The position numbers and the translations under genes were made by a program. The notes under the pieces were generated by a model that saw nothing but the letters and a program-made list of their open reading frames with translations, made no database searches and had not been told where the DNA came from. This document shows, piece by piece, positions 1 to 11,234 of a DNA stretch of 64,000 nucleotides (position 1 is its first letter; the number at the start of each line of letters is the position of its first letter). Source of the stretch: a virus (Duplodnaviria > Caudoviricetes). The stretch is taken from IMG/VR virus record IMGVR_UViG_3300021255_004360, positions 3,350 through 67,349 of that record; one strand, written 5' to 3'.

Positions 1-2
1 GA

Positions 3-1247
3 AAAGTCAAAATATTGGCAAATCGTTATTTGAGTGACTATGATTTATCTGTTTATATTGATGGCAATGTTGAGATAGTAGGCAATCTGACTGATTTTAT
101 ATCACAAAATTGTGATAATAAAAAAGGCTATATTTTCATACCAAAACATCCTTTAAGGGATTGTATATATGAAGAGGCAGATGCGTGTATCAAGTATAAG
201 AAAGGAGACCCCGATACGTTTAAGAAACAAGTGGAAGCGTACAAGAAAGAAGGTTTCCCAGAACATTACGGGCTAACGGAAAACAATATCATCATCCGTT
301 ATCATAATAATAAAGACTGTGCCAAATTGATGGAATCTTGGTGGAAGGAACTTGAAACCAGAAGCCATAGAGACCAATTGTCGTTGTTTTATTGTGTGTG
401 GAAACTTGGTGATGTTAAGGTAACTTTACTTGACAGAAAGTTTGTTGAAGGAGAGGTGTTCAAATTTTCTTATGCACACAACAACAAGTCAGAAAATGGA
501 AAACGTATATTATTTTTGGTTCAGTCTTGTAACAAAGAACGCTACGTTAATGAGGAACAAATCATAAGGGATACTTGGGGTAAGAGATTGAGAAAGAATT
601 GTGATTTGTATTTTTATCGTGGAGGTGGAAAAGATGTTATTGTAGGTGATGTATTAAGTCTCGAATGTGGTGATGAGTTGAATGATACCTTCCTAAAGAC
701 ATTGAGAGCCTTATCAATATTCAAGAACATTGGAAAGTATGATTTTATTGTAAGAACGAACACCAGCAATTGGGTAAACGTAGATTTATTGTTAAATACA
801 ATAGATAGGATGGATAAAAATGACCGTGTGTTCGTTGGAACTGGCGCTGTTTGTAATGCAGTAAGTAAAGGTGTTCCATTTTTGCGAGGCAACCTACTTA
901 TTTTCACTAAACAGGTGCTTTTAGATTTGATGATGGGGTTTAAAACGAGAGTGTTTACTGGTCTTGATGATGTTTGTATTGGATTTACTTTGTTTTACTA
1001 CTATAAAACAATTGGAGTCGATTATTTCAGCGTCTTACGAACAATAGACAACGTTGTTTTTGATGATAATTTCAAGGAGGATATGTTGTATGAGAATGTG
1101 ATTATAAGGTGTGCCGATTGGATTAAAAAACACGATTCTTCTATTTTGTTAACTTTGGATAAAATGTTTGTTGACGGTTCGCCATATGCAACATTGGACC
1201 GCATTAAAACATTAGAAACATATCTTGGTGTAATAAATCTCATTTAA
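3..1247 (+). CDS. Two-domain glycosyltransferase, 5'-partial: DUF616-like N-terminus plus GT31/galactosyltransferase-like C-terminus
   Basis: Frame is open from the window edge (KVKILANRYL). DUF616-like motifs SVYIDGN, GLTENNIIIRYHN and SHRDQLS; second domain with YDFIVRTN and DDVCIG. Ends TAA. Confidence 0.7.
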   Translation, partial: KVKILANRYLSDYDLSVYIDGNVEIVGNLTDFISQNCDNKKGYIFIPKHPLRDCIYEEADACIKYKKGDPDTFKKQVEAYKKEGFPEHYGLTENNIIIRYHNNKDCAKLMESWWKELETRSHRDQLSLFYCVWKLGDVKVTLLDRKFVEGEVFKFSYAHNNKSENGKRILFLVQSCNKERYVNEEQIIRDTWGKRLRKNCDLYFYRGGGKDVIVGDVLSLECGDELNDTFLKTLRALSIFKNIGKYDFIVRTNTSNWVNVDLLLNTIDRMDKNDRVFVGTGAVCNAVSKGVPFLRGNLLIFTKQVLLDLMMGFKTRVFTGLDDVCIGFTLFYYYKTIGVDYFSVLRTIDNVVFDDNFKEDMLYENVIIRCADWIKKHDSSILLTLDKMFVDGSPYATLDRIKTLETYLGVINLI

Positions 1248-1258
1248 GTTTAATTCAT

Positions 1259-2089
1259 ATGTTAGAATATTATAAAACACAATTGACACAGATGGGTAAG
1301 TGACTAAATCCTAATTTTAATATAGATAACCCTAAAACCATACAAGAGAAAATACAGTGGCTTAAATTGTATGATTGTACACCCTTAAAAACAAAGTGTG
1401 CGGATAAAATAAAAGTCCACGATTATTGTGAAGAGAAATTAGGCAAGGATATTTGCGTACCAATCATTAAAATATATAACAAAACAGACGAAATAAACTG
1501 GGAAGAGTTGCCAGATAGGTTTGTTATTAAATGTAATCACGGAAGTGGTATGAATATTATTGTCAAGGATAAGAAATTGTTAAACAAACAAGACGCTGTA
1601 AACAAACTTAACATCTGGATGCGTACAGATTTCGCTTTTCAGAACGGATATGAATATCACTATCACGACATTGAAAGAAAAATTTTTGCTGAAAGTTTTA
1701 TTGGCAAAGATAAAGGTGATTTGGTGGATTATAAGTTTTCGTGTTTTAATGGTGTTCCAAAAATATTGCAAGTAATGTGTGATAGATATTCTGGTAGGTT
1801 AAGACTTAATTATTATGATATGGATTTTAAACCTTTATATTGTAGTAGAAACGACCATCCAGCCAATTATAATATTACTGACGAAAAGCCAAATGGTTTT
1901 GATTTGATGGTTGGGTATTCTAAAATACTATCAAAGGATTTCAAATATGTTAGGGTGGATTTTTATGAAGTTAACGGCGTAGTATATCTTGGAGAGTTGA
2001 CATTTACACCAGGTAGTGGTTTTTTTAAATACAATGACGATAAGTGGTCACTGTTGTTTGGTGAGTGGTTGGATTTAAATAAAAATTAA
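1259..2089 (+). CDS. TupA-like ATP-grasp protein (one in-frame TGA at 1301)
   Basis: Reading TGA as Trp extends the 1367 ORF to ATG 1259 and restores the typical N-terminal NPKTIQEKIQWLKLYD. Also FVIKCNHGSG, DYKFSCFNG, YVRVDFY and GELTFTPGSG. Confidence 0.85.
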
Positions 2090-2102
2090 AAAAAGAAATA
2101 TT

Positions 2103-2606
2103 ATGGTTAAATATATGCCAGAAGACACTCAGGTCGTGTTCAGAGAAATACCTGATGAAATAACATTAGCAATTAATATCACTAATTGTCCACATCATTG
2201 TGAAGGGTGTCATTCACCTTATCTTAGGGAAGATATTGGAGAAGTATTGGATATTAAAACCATTGACGATTTATTGAAACGCAATGATGGTGTTACATGT
2301 GTCTGCTTTATGGGTGAGGGAAAAGACCCAGAATCCTTACATAAATTAGTAACACACATTAAGAAAACTTATAAAACAACAGCAATTGCACTATACACGG
2401 GCGCTGACGATGTAGAAGATGACTTTTATTGGGATAATTTGGATTATATCAAAATAGGGCATTATGATAAAAACTTTGGACCAATTGATAATCCAAACAC
2501 AAATCAAAGGCTATATATCGGTTGTGCGCTTTGCGGTGGTGTGGTTGAAGTGAACGGTGTTAAAAGATTTGGGTGGAAAGATATCACAGATAGTTTTTGG
2601 AAATAA
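2103..2606 (+). CDS. nrdG: Anaerobic ribonucleotide reductase activating enzyme (radical SAM, short Bacteroidota-like type)
   Basis: VVFREIPDEITLAINITNCPHHCEGCHSPYL with CxxxCxxC; CVCFMGEG; YIKIGHY...GPIDNPNTNQR. Confidence 0.9.
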   Translation: MVKYMPEDTQVVFREIPDEITLAINITNCPHHCEGCHSPYLREDIGEVLDIKTIDDLLKRNDGVTCVCFMGEGKDPESLHKLVTHIKKTYKTTAIALYTGADDVEDDFYWDNLDYIKIGHYDKNFGPIDNPNTNQRLYIGCALCGGVVEVNGVKRFGWKDITDSFWK

Positions 2607-2626
2607 AGAAAAAACGTGTATCTTTG
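2596..2626 (+). promoter_or_regulatory. Bacteroidota primary-sigma promoter upstream of NADAR
   Basis: TTTG (2596-2599), 19-nt spacer, TATCTTTG (2619-2626). Exact fit to TTTG-N19-21-TAnnTTTG, 14 nt before ATG 2641. Confidence 0.75.
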
Positions 2627-2640
2627 TAAAAAGATTATAT

Positions 2641-3138
2641 ATGAAAGAGATTGCTGGTACTAAAGTATTTGGAAAATATGTCTGTTTTTGGGGTAGTGTT
2701 TTTTCCAATTTTGCTCCTTGTAATATAGAAGCACAAGGTCATACTTTTAAAACATCTGAACAGTATTTTATGTGGCAGAAAGCAATGTATTTTGGCGATG
2801 TCGTAATTGCTGATGCTATTTTAAATGCAGAAGAGCCTAGGCTTGCGAAAGAGTTAGGCCGTAGGGTTAAAGGATATGATGATGAAGCGTGGAGCAAGGT
2901 TCGTTTCAATGCAATGTACAAAGCCGTTTTTGCGAAGTTCTCACAAAACAAAAAATACAAGGAAATTATCATTGACAAAATGTTTGATGGTAAGAACTTT
3001 GTTGAGGGTTCACCAGTAGACAATGTATGGGGTGTTGGTATTAGATGGGATGACCCTATGATTAAGGATGAATCTAAATGGATGGGAGAGAATCTTCTTG
3101 GTAAAGTATTAGATAAAGTTCGTGAAAATCTTTTATAA
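2641..3138 (+). CDS. NADAR (YbiA-like) family protein
   Basis: FSNF...TSEQYFMWQKA, AKELGRRV, KFSQN, EGSPVDNVWGVG and GENLLGKVL. Start moved to ATG 2641, after the promoter. Confidence 0.9.
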   Translation: MKEIAGTKVFGKYVCFWGSVFSNFAPCNIEAQGHTFKTSEQYFMWQKAMYFGDVVIADAILNAEEPRLAKELGRRVKGYDDEAWSKVRFNAMYKAVFAKFSQNKKYKEIIIDKMFDGKNFVEGSPVDNVWGVGIRWDDPMIKDESKWMGENLLGKVLDKVRENLL

Positions 3139-3140
3139 CA

Positions 3141-3962
3141 ATGGAAGAATTACCACAAAAAGTCGTAGTTGGGTGTATATGTGAGAGGCTTGGTAACATC
3201 ATGTTCCAGATTGGTGCATATATTACCTATGCCAAAAGATATAATAGAGTCTTATTTCTTGCAATAAACGAGCATGACAAGCAAAAGTTAAAGGAATATC
3301 GTAACTATTTTGAATTGTTAGATAGGTTCAAATTTCTTGATATAAAAGAACTACATCATAAGTATAAAAATATTGGTTTTTATTCCGAAACGCCAAAGTT
3401 TGACTATGAGCCAATACCAGATTGTTCAAATGATATTATTTCACTAGTTGGGTATTGGCAGAATGAGGATTATTTTGACAAGGACTTAGTTAAGGGATTC
3501 TTTAGACCGTCAGATGAGTATAAGAATCTTATTCTCGAAAAATACGGTGATTTATCTGAGGCAACATCAATTTCAGTTAGACACGGTGATGATTATGTGA
3601 AGCAGCAGGATTTTTTCGTAGTACCAAGCGCTAAATGGTATGAAGATGCGTATAATACTTATTTCCAAGGGACAAAGGTTATTATTACCAGTGATGATAT
3701 AGAATGGGCTAAGGAGAATATACATATTAAGGATGCGATTTTTGTAGAAGAAGGTGATAAAGTTAATGTATTTTGGGATTTGTTCACTTGTTCTTTATGT
3801 AAGAATCATATAATATATCCTGGTACTTATGGCTGGATGGGGGCGTGGCTTGGTGAGAGAGAAGATTCGAAAGTTATTTGCCCTGATAAGTGGTGGGGTC
3901 CGAAGAATCAAGGAATTTCTGAAAATATTGTACCAAAAAGATGGCTTAGATTTAAGCTGTAA
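3141..3962 (+). CDS. GT11 family alpha-1,2-fucosyltransferase-like protein
   Basis: RLGNIMFQ, GYWQNEDYF, SVRHGDDY (cf. HxRRGDY), SDDIEWAKEN, CKNHII and TYGWMGAWL. Confidence 0.85.
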   Translation: MEELPQKVVVGCICERLGNIMFQIGAYITYAKRYNRVLFLAINEHDKQKLKEYRNYFELLDRFKFLDIKELHHKYKNIGFYSETPKFDYEPIPDCSNDIISLVGYWQNEDYFDKDLVKGFFRPSDEYKNLILEKYGDLSEATSISVRHGDDYVKQQDFFVVPSAKWYEDAYNTYFQGTKVIITSDDIEWAKENIHIKDAIFVEEGDKVNVFWDLFTCSLCKNHIIYPGTYGWMGAWLGEREDSKVICPDKWWGPKNQGISENIVPKRWLRFKL

Positions 3963-3986
3963 TATTTCATGTTTTCAATTGTATGG

Positions 3987-4023
3987 AAAAAACACTTCAG
4001 TCAATAAGATTGGGGTGTTTTTT
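3987..4023 (+). terminator. Intrinsic terminator, possibly bidirectional
   Basis: AAAAAACACTTCAGTC / loop AATAA / GATTGGGGTGTTTTTT hairpin with G-U pairs, just after the GT11 stop. Confidence 0.65.
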
Positions 4024-4055
4024 GTTGATTTTTACATACTTAATTCATATCTTTA
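4024..4055 (+). promoter_or_regulatory. Near-consensus Bacteroidota-type promoter
   Basis: GTTG, 20 nt, TATCTTTA. Followed by AAAAGATTAT, as in the 2596 promoter. Confidence 0.5.
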
Positions 4056-4066
4056 TATAAAAGATT

Positions 4067-4945
4067 ATGTTTATGGTTAAAGTATTAGTATGTTGTATTG
4101 TAAGAGATGAAAATCAATATCTCAGGGAGTTTGTGGAATATTATAAAAAGATTGGTGCTGAGAACGTTATTATTTTTGATAATAATGTTACTGGTGGTGA
4201 GAATGTAGAAGACGTTATTAAGGATTATATTGATAACGGTTTTGTGATTCTTAAAGATTATAAGGATAAAAGAATTTGCCAATTACAATCATATCAAGAG
4301 TGTTATGATGATTATGGTGACAAGTATGATTGGATTTGTTTCTTTGATTGCGATGAGTTCCTTACATTTAGGAATAAGAGGATGACAATGCCAGAGTTTT
4401 TCTCAAATAAGAGATTTGATGGATACGATATGATTCACGTTAACTGGATGTTATATGGCGATAATGATTTGGTACGTAATGATGGAAGACCAGTGCTTGA
4501 ACGTTTCAAAAAACCAATGATGCCGTTTAATAAAAAAGTAAAATATCCCTTCCCAGAAAATAATCACATTAAAGCCATTGTTAGGGGTGGATTAAAAGGT
4601 GTTGTTTGGAAGGGTGTTTCACATACACCGTCAGAACCGCTTACTTGTTGTGACCCTGTTGGAAAGCCATGTAAATCAACATCTCCTTTCAATGATTATA
4701 ATTTTTCTGAGATGTGGCTGGCTCATTACACAACGAAAACAGCCGAGGAGTTTGCATACAAAATAAAACGTGGATTCCCAGATACAGCACCAGGAAGAAG
4801 AGAGGAGATAGACATGGCCAAAAGATTTTTCAAGTATTGTAAAATTACACCAGAAAAGGTTGAGGTTATTAAACAAATAACAGGAATTGATTTGAATCTT
4901 GAAGGTTTTGACTGTGTAATTTTCCAAAAATCAATTGTGGATTAG
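4067..4945 (+). CDS. GT-A fold glycosyltransferase (GT2-like/GT92-like)
   Basis: CCIVRDENQYLREFVEYY, IFDNN, WICFFDCDEF (DxD motif), KAIVRG and HYTTKTAEEF. Ends TAG. Confidence 0.8.
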   Translation: MFMVKVLVCCIVRDENQYLREFVEYYKKIGAENVIIFDNNVTGGENVEDVIKDYIDNGFVILKDYKDKRICQLQSYQECYDDYGDKYDWICFFDCDEFLTFRNKRMTMPEFFSNKRFDGYDMIHVNWMLYGDNDLVRNDGRPVLERFKKPMMPFNKKVKYPFPENNHIKAIVRGGLKGVVWKGVSHTPSEPLTCCDPVGKPCKSTSPFNDYNFSEMWLAHYTTKTAEEFAYKIKRGFPDTAPGRREEIDMAKRFFKYCKITPEKVEVIKQITGIDLNLEGFDCVIFQKSIVD

Positions 4946-4966
4946 TTAACTTGAAAAAACATTGTT

Positions 4967-4977
4967 AACTATTTATA
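4967..4977 (+). promoter_or_regulatory. Putative phage late promoter AACTATTTATA
   Basis: Intergenic, 18 nt upstream of the first baseplate gene. The same 11-mer recurs at 27248, 36718, 59791 and 61600. Confidence 0.65.
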
Positions 4978-4995
4978 AAAAAATAGTTTATTAAC

Positions 4996-5385
4996 ATGGC
5001 ACTTACCCAGAGATATGGTATCAAATACCCTTTCACATCGGATAATGATGATGAGATTTATGTTGACTTAAACAGTGATTATAAGAAATCAATAGAGTCA
5101 CAGGTTTTGCATGTCGTTTTCACCCCAAAGGGACAGCGTTTAAGAGACCCTGAGTTTGGCAGCGATTTTATCAAATATTTGTTTGAACCAAATGACGGAG
5201 CAACAGAAGACGCAGTTAAATCTTCAATCAAAGAATCCATTTCAAGGTATGTTCCAAATGTTGATTTCAAAGATATTGAAACAATGAAGGACCCATCAAC
5301 TGAAAACAGTATCATTGTAACCATTACATATACCATAAAGATGGGTGCATATGAAGAAGAAAATAAAGTATCATTAAAGATATAG
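4996..5385 (+). CDS. Baseplate wedge protein, T4 gp25-like
   Basis: IESQVLHVVFTPKGQRLRDPEFGSDFIKYLFEP matches the gp25 pattern TxKGERxxxPxFG. Directly precedes a gp6-like gene. Confidence 0.85.
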   Translation: MALTQRYGIKYPFTSDNDDEIYVDLNSDYKKSIESQVLHVVFTPKGQRLRDPEFGSDFIKYLFEPNDGATEDAVKSSIKESISRYVPNVDFKDIETMKDPSTENSIIVTITYTIKMGAYEEENKVSLKI

Positions 5386-5387
5386 GA

Positions 5388-7352
5388 ATGGAGAAAAAAA
5401 TATCATACCTTGACAGAACCTACGACAATTATAGGAGTTCTCTTATTGAGTTGTCAAAAATATATTACCCAGATTTGGCAAAGTCTTTTGACGATGCTTC
5501 TGTTGGGTCATGAATGATTGACTTGAATGCTGCAATTGCAGATGAATTGTCTTATCACATTGACAGAGTATTCCAAGAAACAAACATAAACAGTGCCACG
5601 AAAGCATCATCTGTTTATGCAATGGCAAGGAGTGCTGGGTTTAAGATTCCTGGCCCAAAAGGGGCTATGGCTTTAATAACATTTTCATGTACTTTACCAC
5701 TTAACAGCAGCCAATCACCTGATATGACATATGCTCCTACCATTAAAAAAGGTACAAAAGTTGCTTCTGGGTCACAATATTTTGAGTTGATGTCAGATGT
5801 TAATTTTGCAGAACAGTTTGATGAAAATGGTGTGAGCAACAGACTTTTTTATCCAGTAAGAAACTCAAACAACGTCATAGTGTTGTATAAGGTAACAAAA
5901 ACTGCTATGGTTGTTGCGGGTGATACAAGAATTTACAAGAAAACCATAACTTCAAGAGATATTGTTCCTTTCATGGAGATTGTGATTCCAGTTGAAAAGG
6001 TTATGAATGTTGAATCAGTATTGGTAAAGGATGGTGTTAGTTTTCAAACAAATCCAACGATGGGTGAGTTTTATGACTATCGTGAGAACTTCCAAGATTC
6101 AAAAGGCAGACAAGTAAGTAAGTTCTTTGAAGTTGATTGTTTGGCGCAGCAAGACATTTGGAAGGAAAAACTCGTAAGTAACCAACCAGACGGAACCGCT
6201 GTGGTGGACGTTGCTTATAATACCGCTGGAACTGGACAATATTATTATATAACGAAAGGTGAGTGGAAACCTGTGCATCAAAAATACATAACAGAGTTTA
6301 CTGATAACGGATATTTGAAAGTTATATTTGGTGCTGGAAGTGACTATTCATTACCAGATACTTCTGAGTTTGCTAAATATCAAATGTCTAAAATGGTGAA
6401 CAATAACGCTCTTGGAGTATTACCGAGCGCAAATACAACGGTGTTTATACTTTATCGCGCTGGCGGTGGAAAATCAAGCAACGTTTCACCAGGAGCAATC
6501 AACAAAATAACATATCTTAATGTTGAATTTGCTGGTACGATAGCAAATACGGATGTAAAGGGCACGAGTTCTGTAAAGGAAAGTATTCGAATAGAAGATA
6601 GTAGTGCCAGTGTTTCAGGAAAGGACATGCCTACTGTTGAAGAAGTAAGAAATATGATTAAGTATTATGTCGGCTCACAAGACAGGTGTGTAACTATCAA
6701 GGATTATGTTAGCCGCGTGTTGATGATGCCCCCAAAATATGGTACACCATTCCGTGTAAGCGGTGCAGAGGGAAATAATAAGGTAATGCTTTATTTGCTT
6801 GGCGTTGACCATGAAGGGCATCTTGATACCACAATACCAGAGCCACTTGTCAGTAACATTGAGAAATATCTTGACAATTATAGAATGATTAATGACTTTA
6901 TCGAGTTAAAGTCTGGAAGAATCATTAACCTTTCATTTGACATTGATATGTATGTTGATAAAAACTACAACAAATCCGATGTTGCAGCAGAAGTGGTAAG
7001 AATCTTGAGGGATTATATGGATATCAATAGGCACGAAATGGGTGATGATATTTTTGTTGGTGATATTGAGAAGGAGATTAGTAAGGTTGATGGCGTAATT
7101 AATGTTGTTGACATTAGAGTGTATAACGAATTCAATGACGGTTATTCATCCACAAAAACCAATCAAGAGTTTGCAAGTGGCGATGATGGTTGTGATATTG
7201 GCGGTGATGCTCGTGTCACATTTACTTCACCAACAGGTGGTAGGCAAATAGACCTTGTTGTAGCAGATAACATGCTTATTTCGGATGGTGACAGTATGTT
7301 TGAAATAAAATACCCACAAAGGGACATTAGATTGAGAATTAAGGAAAGATAA
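5388..7352 (+). CDS. Baseplate wedge protein, T4 gp6-like (654 aa; TGA at 5511)
   Basis: Read-through gives MEKKISYLDRTYDNYRSSLIELSKIYYPD...DASVGS[W]MIDL. Also YRAGGGKSSNV, SGKDMPTVEEVR and QDRCVTIKDY. Confidence 0.85.
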
Positions 7353-7603
7353 TGGGCTGTGCGTGTAAAGTTGGCAGAGATTTAAGTTATCTACAAAAAA
7401 AATATGGTGTAAAGAATGTGCCAGATAATAAAAGTACAAATATCAGACAGAATTCACGTATTTTTTTGGAGAAAGTTCTATTGTCATTAATACTGTTACC
7501 CTTTATCCCAATTTTACTTATTTGAACGATTATCAGGGGTTTTACAAATCACAAACCAATCAACATATCAAAATTATTTAAACTTGAACATGTCAGACAG
7601 TAA
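7352..7603 (+). CDS. Small membrane protein missing from the ORF track (83 aa; TGA at 7523)
   Basis: TAATG-coupled to gp6. MGCACK start; hydrophobic VLLSLILLPFIPILLI[W]TII; ends TAA, overlapping the next ATG at 7590. Confidence 0.65.
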
Positions 7604-10600
7604 CAAAACATATAGAATTAAGGCAAATATAAATGAGGATACGAATCTACACGTCAAATTGGACCAAGATTATGACGTGTTCCAGATTTTGTCGCTTGAA
7701 TTAGGGACGAGCGAGAGTTATAGATTACATGACTCCAATTATGGTGTTGTTGTTGGACGTGTTTTAGCAAATAACGGCTTTGGTGTTGAAAATGCAAAGA
7801 TAAGTGTTTTCATTAGTGCAGATACACAAACTTTAACCGATTCCGTTCTGTCATCAATCTACGGATATATGACACCAGCCGATAAAAACGGTGATGGTGT
7901 TAGATATAATCTTCTATCAGATGAAGAGTTGGATGAGTGCCACCAAGTAGTTGGTACTTTTCCAAGCAAAACGTATGTTTTATCAAATGATGCCTGAATT
8001 GAGGTATTCGACAAATACTACAAATATACTGTAAGAACTAATCATGCTGGTGATTATATGATTTGTGGCCTTCCAGTTGGTGTGAATATGCTCCATATGG
8101 ACTTGGATTTATCAGATTGTGGTATATTATCACAAAGGCCAAGGGATTTCGTTTATAAGGGCTATACAATTGAACAATTTGAGAATCCTAACCAATTTAA
8201 AACCAGCACAGAGTTAAGCACATTATCACAAATATTCACACAAGACATTTCAATTAATGTTAATCCGTTCTGGGGTAATGAGGATGAAGGACAAACAATA
8301 GGAATTACACGCCAAGACTTCAATATCCCATTTACTTTTGAACCGACCTGTGTTTTTATAGGCAGCGTAATTAGTGACAACTCTTCTAACGGTATTAGTA
8401 AGAAATGTGTACCTAGTGATAATATGGGCGAAATGGATGAACTTGTTACAGGTGAAGGTACTATTGAAATGATACGGAAAACCCCGTCAAATGATGTTGA
8501 GGAGTTTCAAGTAAAAGGTACGGAGGTGATTGACGGAAACGGTGTGTGGTGTTATCAGATTCCAATGAATCTTGATTATGTTAAACACGATGAATATGGT
8601 AACATCGTCCCAACAAATAATCCAAATCAAGGCATACCAACGAGAGCAAGAGTTCGTTTTAGAGTGTCAATGAATGATTTTGAGGAAAATGTTGACAATT
8701 TCTTCAGAGGAAAAGTTTTAGTACCACATAATCCGCAGAAGCCAGATGAATTGGATTATGTTTTTGGTACAAAAACAAAAGAGGAGTCGTATAGGGATTT
8801 ATTTTGGAACAATGTCTATACCGTAAAATCATACATACCAAGGTTTCAGAGGACAGTATTTTTAAAGGGGAAGAGGTTTACAGGAATAAAACATACGAAT
8901 ATATATGGACAAAACAATCCAATGCCATATAATAACATTAGAATTCGTTTACCATTCATGTTCACATTTCTTTGTGCCTTCATTAAGACATGTATTAGGA
9001 TTGTGAATTTTGTAAATTGGTTTATATATAGAACGGCTTGGATTATAGGCCAAATAAGCAGTGAGTCGAGAGCGGAAGAAGCTATTGCAAGACTTAACTA
9101 TGTTTTAATTGCAGATGGGTTATGTCCAGATTTGGACGGATGGTATTTTGCACCAGGAGCCAATACAAATAAGCCATATGAAGGGTATGGCCAAAAGAAT
9201 GGTGCAGACATAAGAATACGTGGGTCGGAAAATAATGTTTATTTGTTAAAAGAGACATATAATAGGCTAGCCAATGTAAACCGATATCAAAGTTTAATGA
9301 ATATTAAAACTTTTGAGGTTGAATGTGCGGAGTTGTATGAGTTTTTAATTAATAGTGGGTTTTCTCCCGCAACGATTCAAACACAACTTTTAATGTTAAT
9401 AAGCGTATTTGTTGTTGAATTAAATAATCTCACAAAAGACAATTTAAAACAACTTTTAAACGATACAGCAGTTGGCAGAGCGGTTTTATCTGACGAAAAA
9501 TACGTCAATCAGTTCTATTCTTATATGGTTGGAAGTGGTACTGGTGAAGTAGATTCAACGTCAATAGATTATAGCAATAAGGATGATGATGCAGACACTA
9601 TTTGCTTAACAACAAATATTGATTATTTGGTTAGTTGCATCGAAATGAACCTGGCACAAGAATATAAAGTCATAAATTTTGATTTTTATAATGACTGGTT
9701 AAACGGTACAATTTACATACCAAGATGGATGCGTTTTGTACGTGGTAAAAATACATTCCTTTTTGGTGCTTTTAAAGTTAAAGGGGCTATTAAGGGCTGT
9801 ATGAGTATGGATAGCGATGGGCTTAATCCAAAAGGAAAAGGGACTGGTGTGAAAGTTAAAGGATTTAGAAGAAAGAGGAGATATACACAACAATGTGCGA
9901 TTGGTTATGATGTAAGAGATAATGATACACCAGTTATATCTGAAAATATGAAAAGGGGTTGTACCAATAACGTTTATAAGCAAAAATGTCACGGTGTTGG
10001 CGGGTTCAAACAGTTGAAAATTTTTGGGAAAGACAACGGGGGAATTGTTCATTCACATTTGAATATGAAAAAGCAATACGTTTATTATTTTAAACCTTGT
10101 GAATGGACAGCTGATGGCAAAAAAGTTACGTTATTTGCCAACGATTTGGTTTTGCTTGGCTCCCTAAACGATTGCAGCCAACAAGGGATACCACAGCCAT
10201 TTAAATACCTTACAAGCACTTCCTATAAAATGCCAACCAATTTAGCCCTTACCAATATGGAGGATAATGCTTATCTTTATGGTAACGGTGACGATACTAT
10301 TTGTAGTGGTAAGCACTTTTTGGAGGAAACTGGGGTATCTGTTGCAGATAATACATTGGAAGGAACAATAAAACATTATCGTGGGACAAATGAACAAATC
10401 GAAGATGGTGATGAGGATGAATTCGTGGCATTAACTGAGGCTGCTGGTATAGCATGGAATTATACTGGACCAGACCAAGGAACCCCAGATTTTGAGAAAC
10501 TTTATCTTCCAGGCGGTCATTTTCTAGGTATGTCTTGTGTCAATTCAGAAACCAACATTAAATCATGTATTAATTTGGAAAGAGTGTGTGAGGCTGGTGC

Positions 10601-11234
10601 TGGTATTTCACAAAGGCATGAAATAATCTCTCGTTTGGAAAATGTTGGAAATGAAGTTGTTCCAAGATACAAGCATTTAGTGCCTACAGGATTAATTTCG
10701 AATGATGATATTATGGGTGGTGATTTTAGAACAATGTTCGCAACATTAAATCACAATAGATTATTATCAACATCCTTTGATGATACAAAGGGTGGTACTG
10801 GATATTACAAATATGACTTCTCTTATATGCGTACAAACGGTTTCAATGGTGTAATGCAGCCATATACACCACAAGATGGCGAATATAATAAACATTTGGT
10901 TGAAGGCACAGACTTTGTGGTTGAAAGACAATATGTAAATCCAGAAGAGACAACAGAACAAGAAATTGATGATATAGTTGCGTCTTCATATACGAGAACA
11001 CTAGAAAACGCCAATAGGGATTATGTCATGTTTAGATTGGGGTTGGATGACTTGTCAAGAACCAATGTATTAAGTAAGTTCGTGAAAAGTGAAAATGGTA
11101 TGTGGTTTATGCCACAATACGAGAACTCTTTCTATTTCTACTTCGGTCTTAAATCTGGCGCAACAGCTTTGGATGAATTAAATAAACAATTTTTCTCTAA
11201 TTGTAGTAATAATACAGACACCGATATTGAGTAA
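7590..11234 (+). CDS. Large baseplate-region virion protein (1214 aa; TGA at 7995)
   Basis: ORFs 7584 and 8058 are in frame and join as LSNDA[W]IEVFDKYYKYTVRTNHAGDYMI. Located in the baseplate operon; no specific family recognised. Confidence 0.7.

Noticed and set aside
2103-2606. The NrdG radical SAM protein as part of the Cys-peptide system
   Set aside because: It has typical NrdG motifs, no SPASM domain and lies 50 kb away. It is an RNR activase whose NrdD partner is presumably outside the window.
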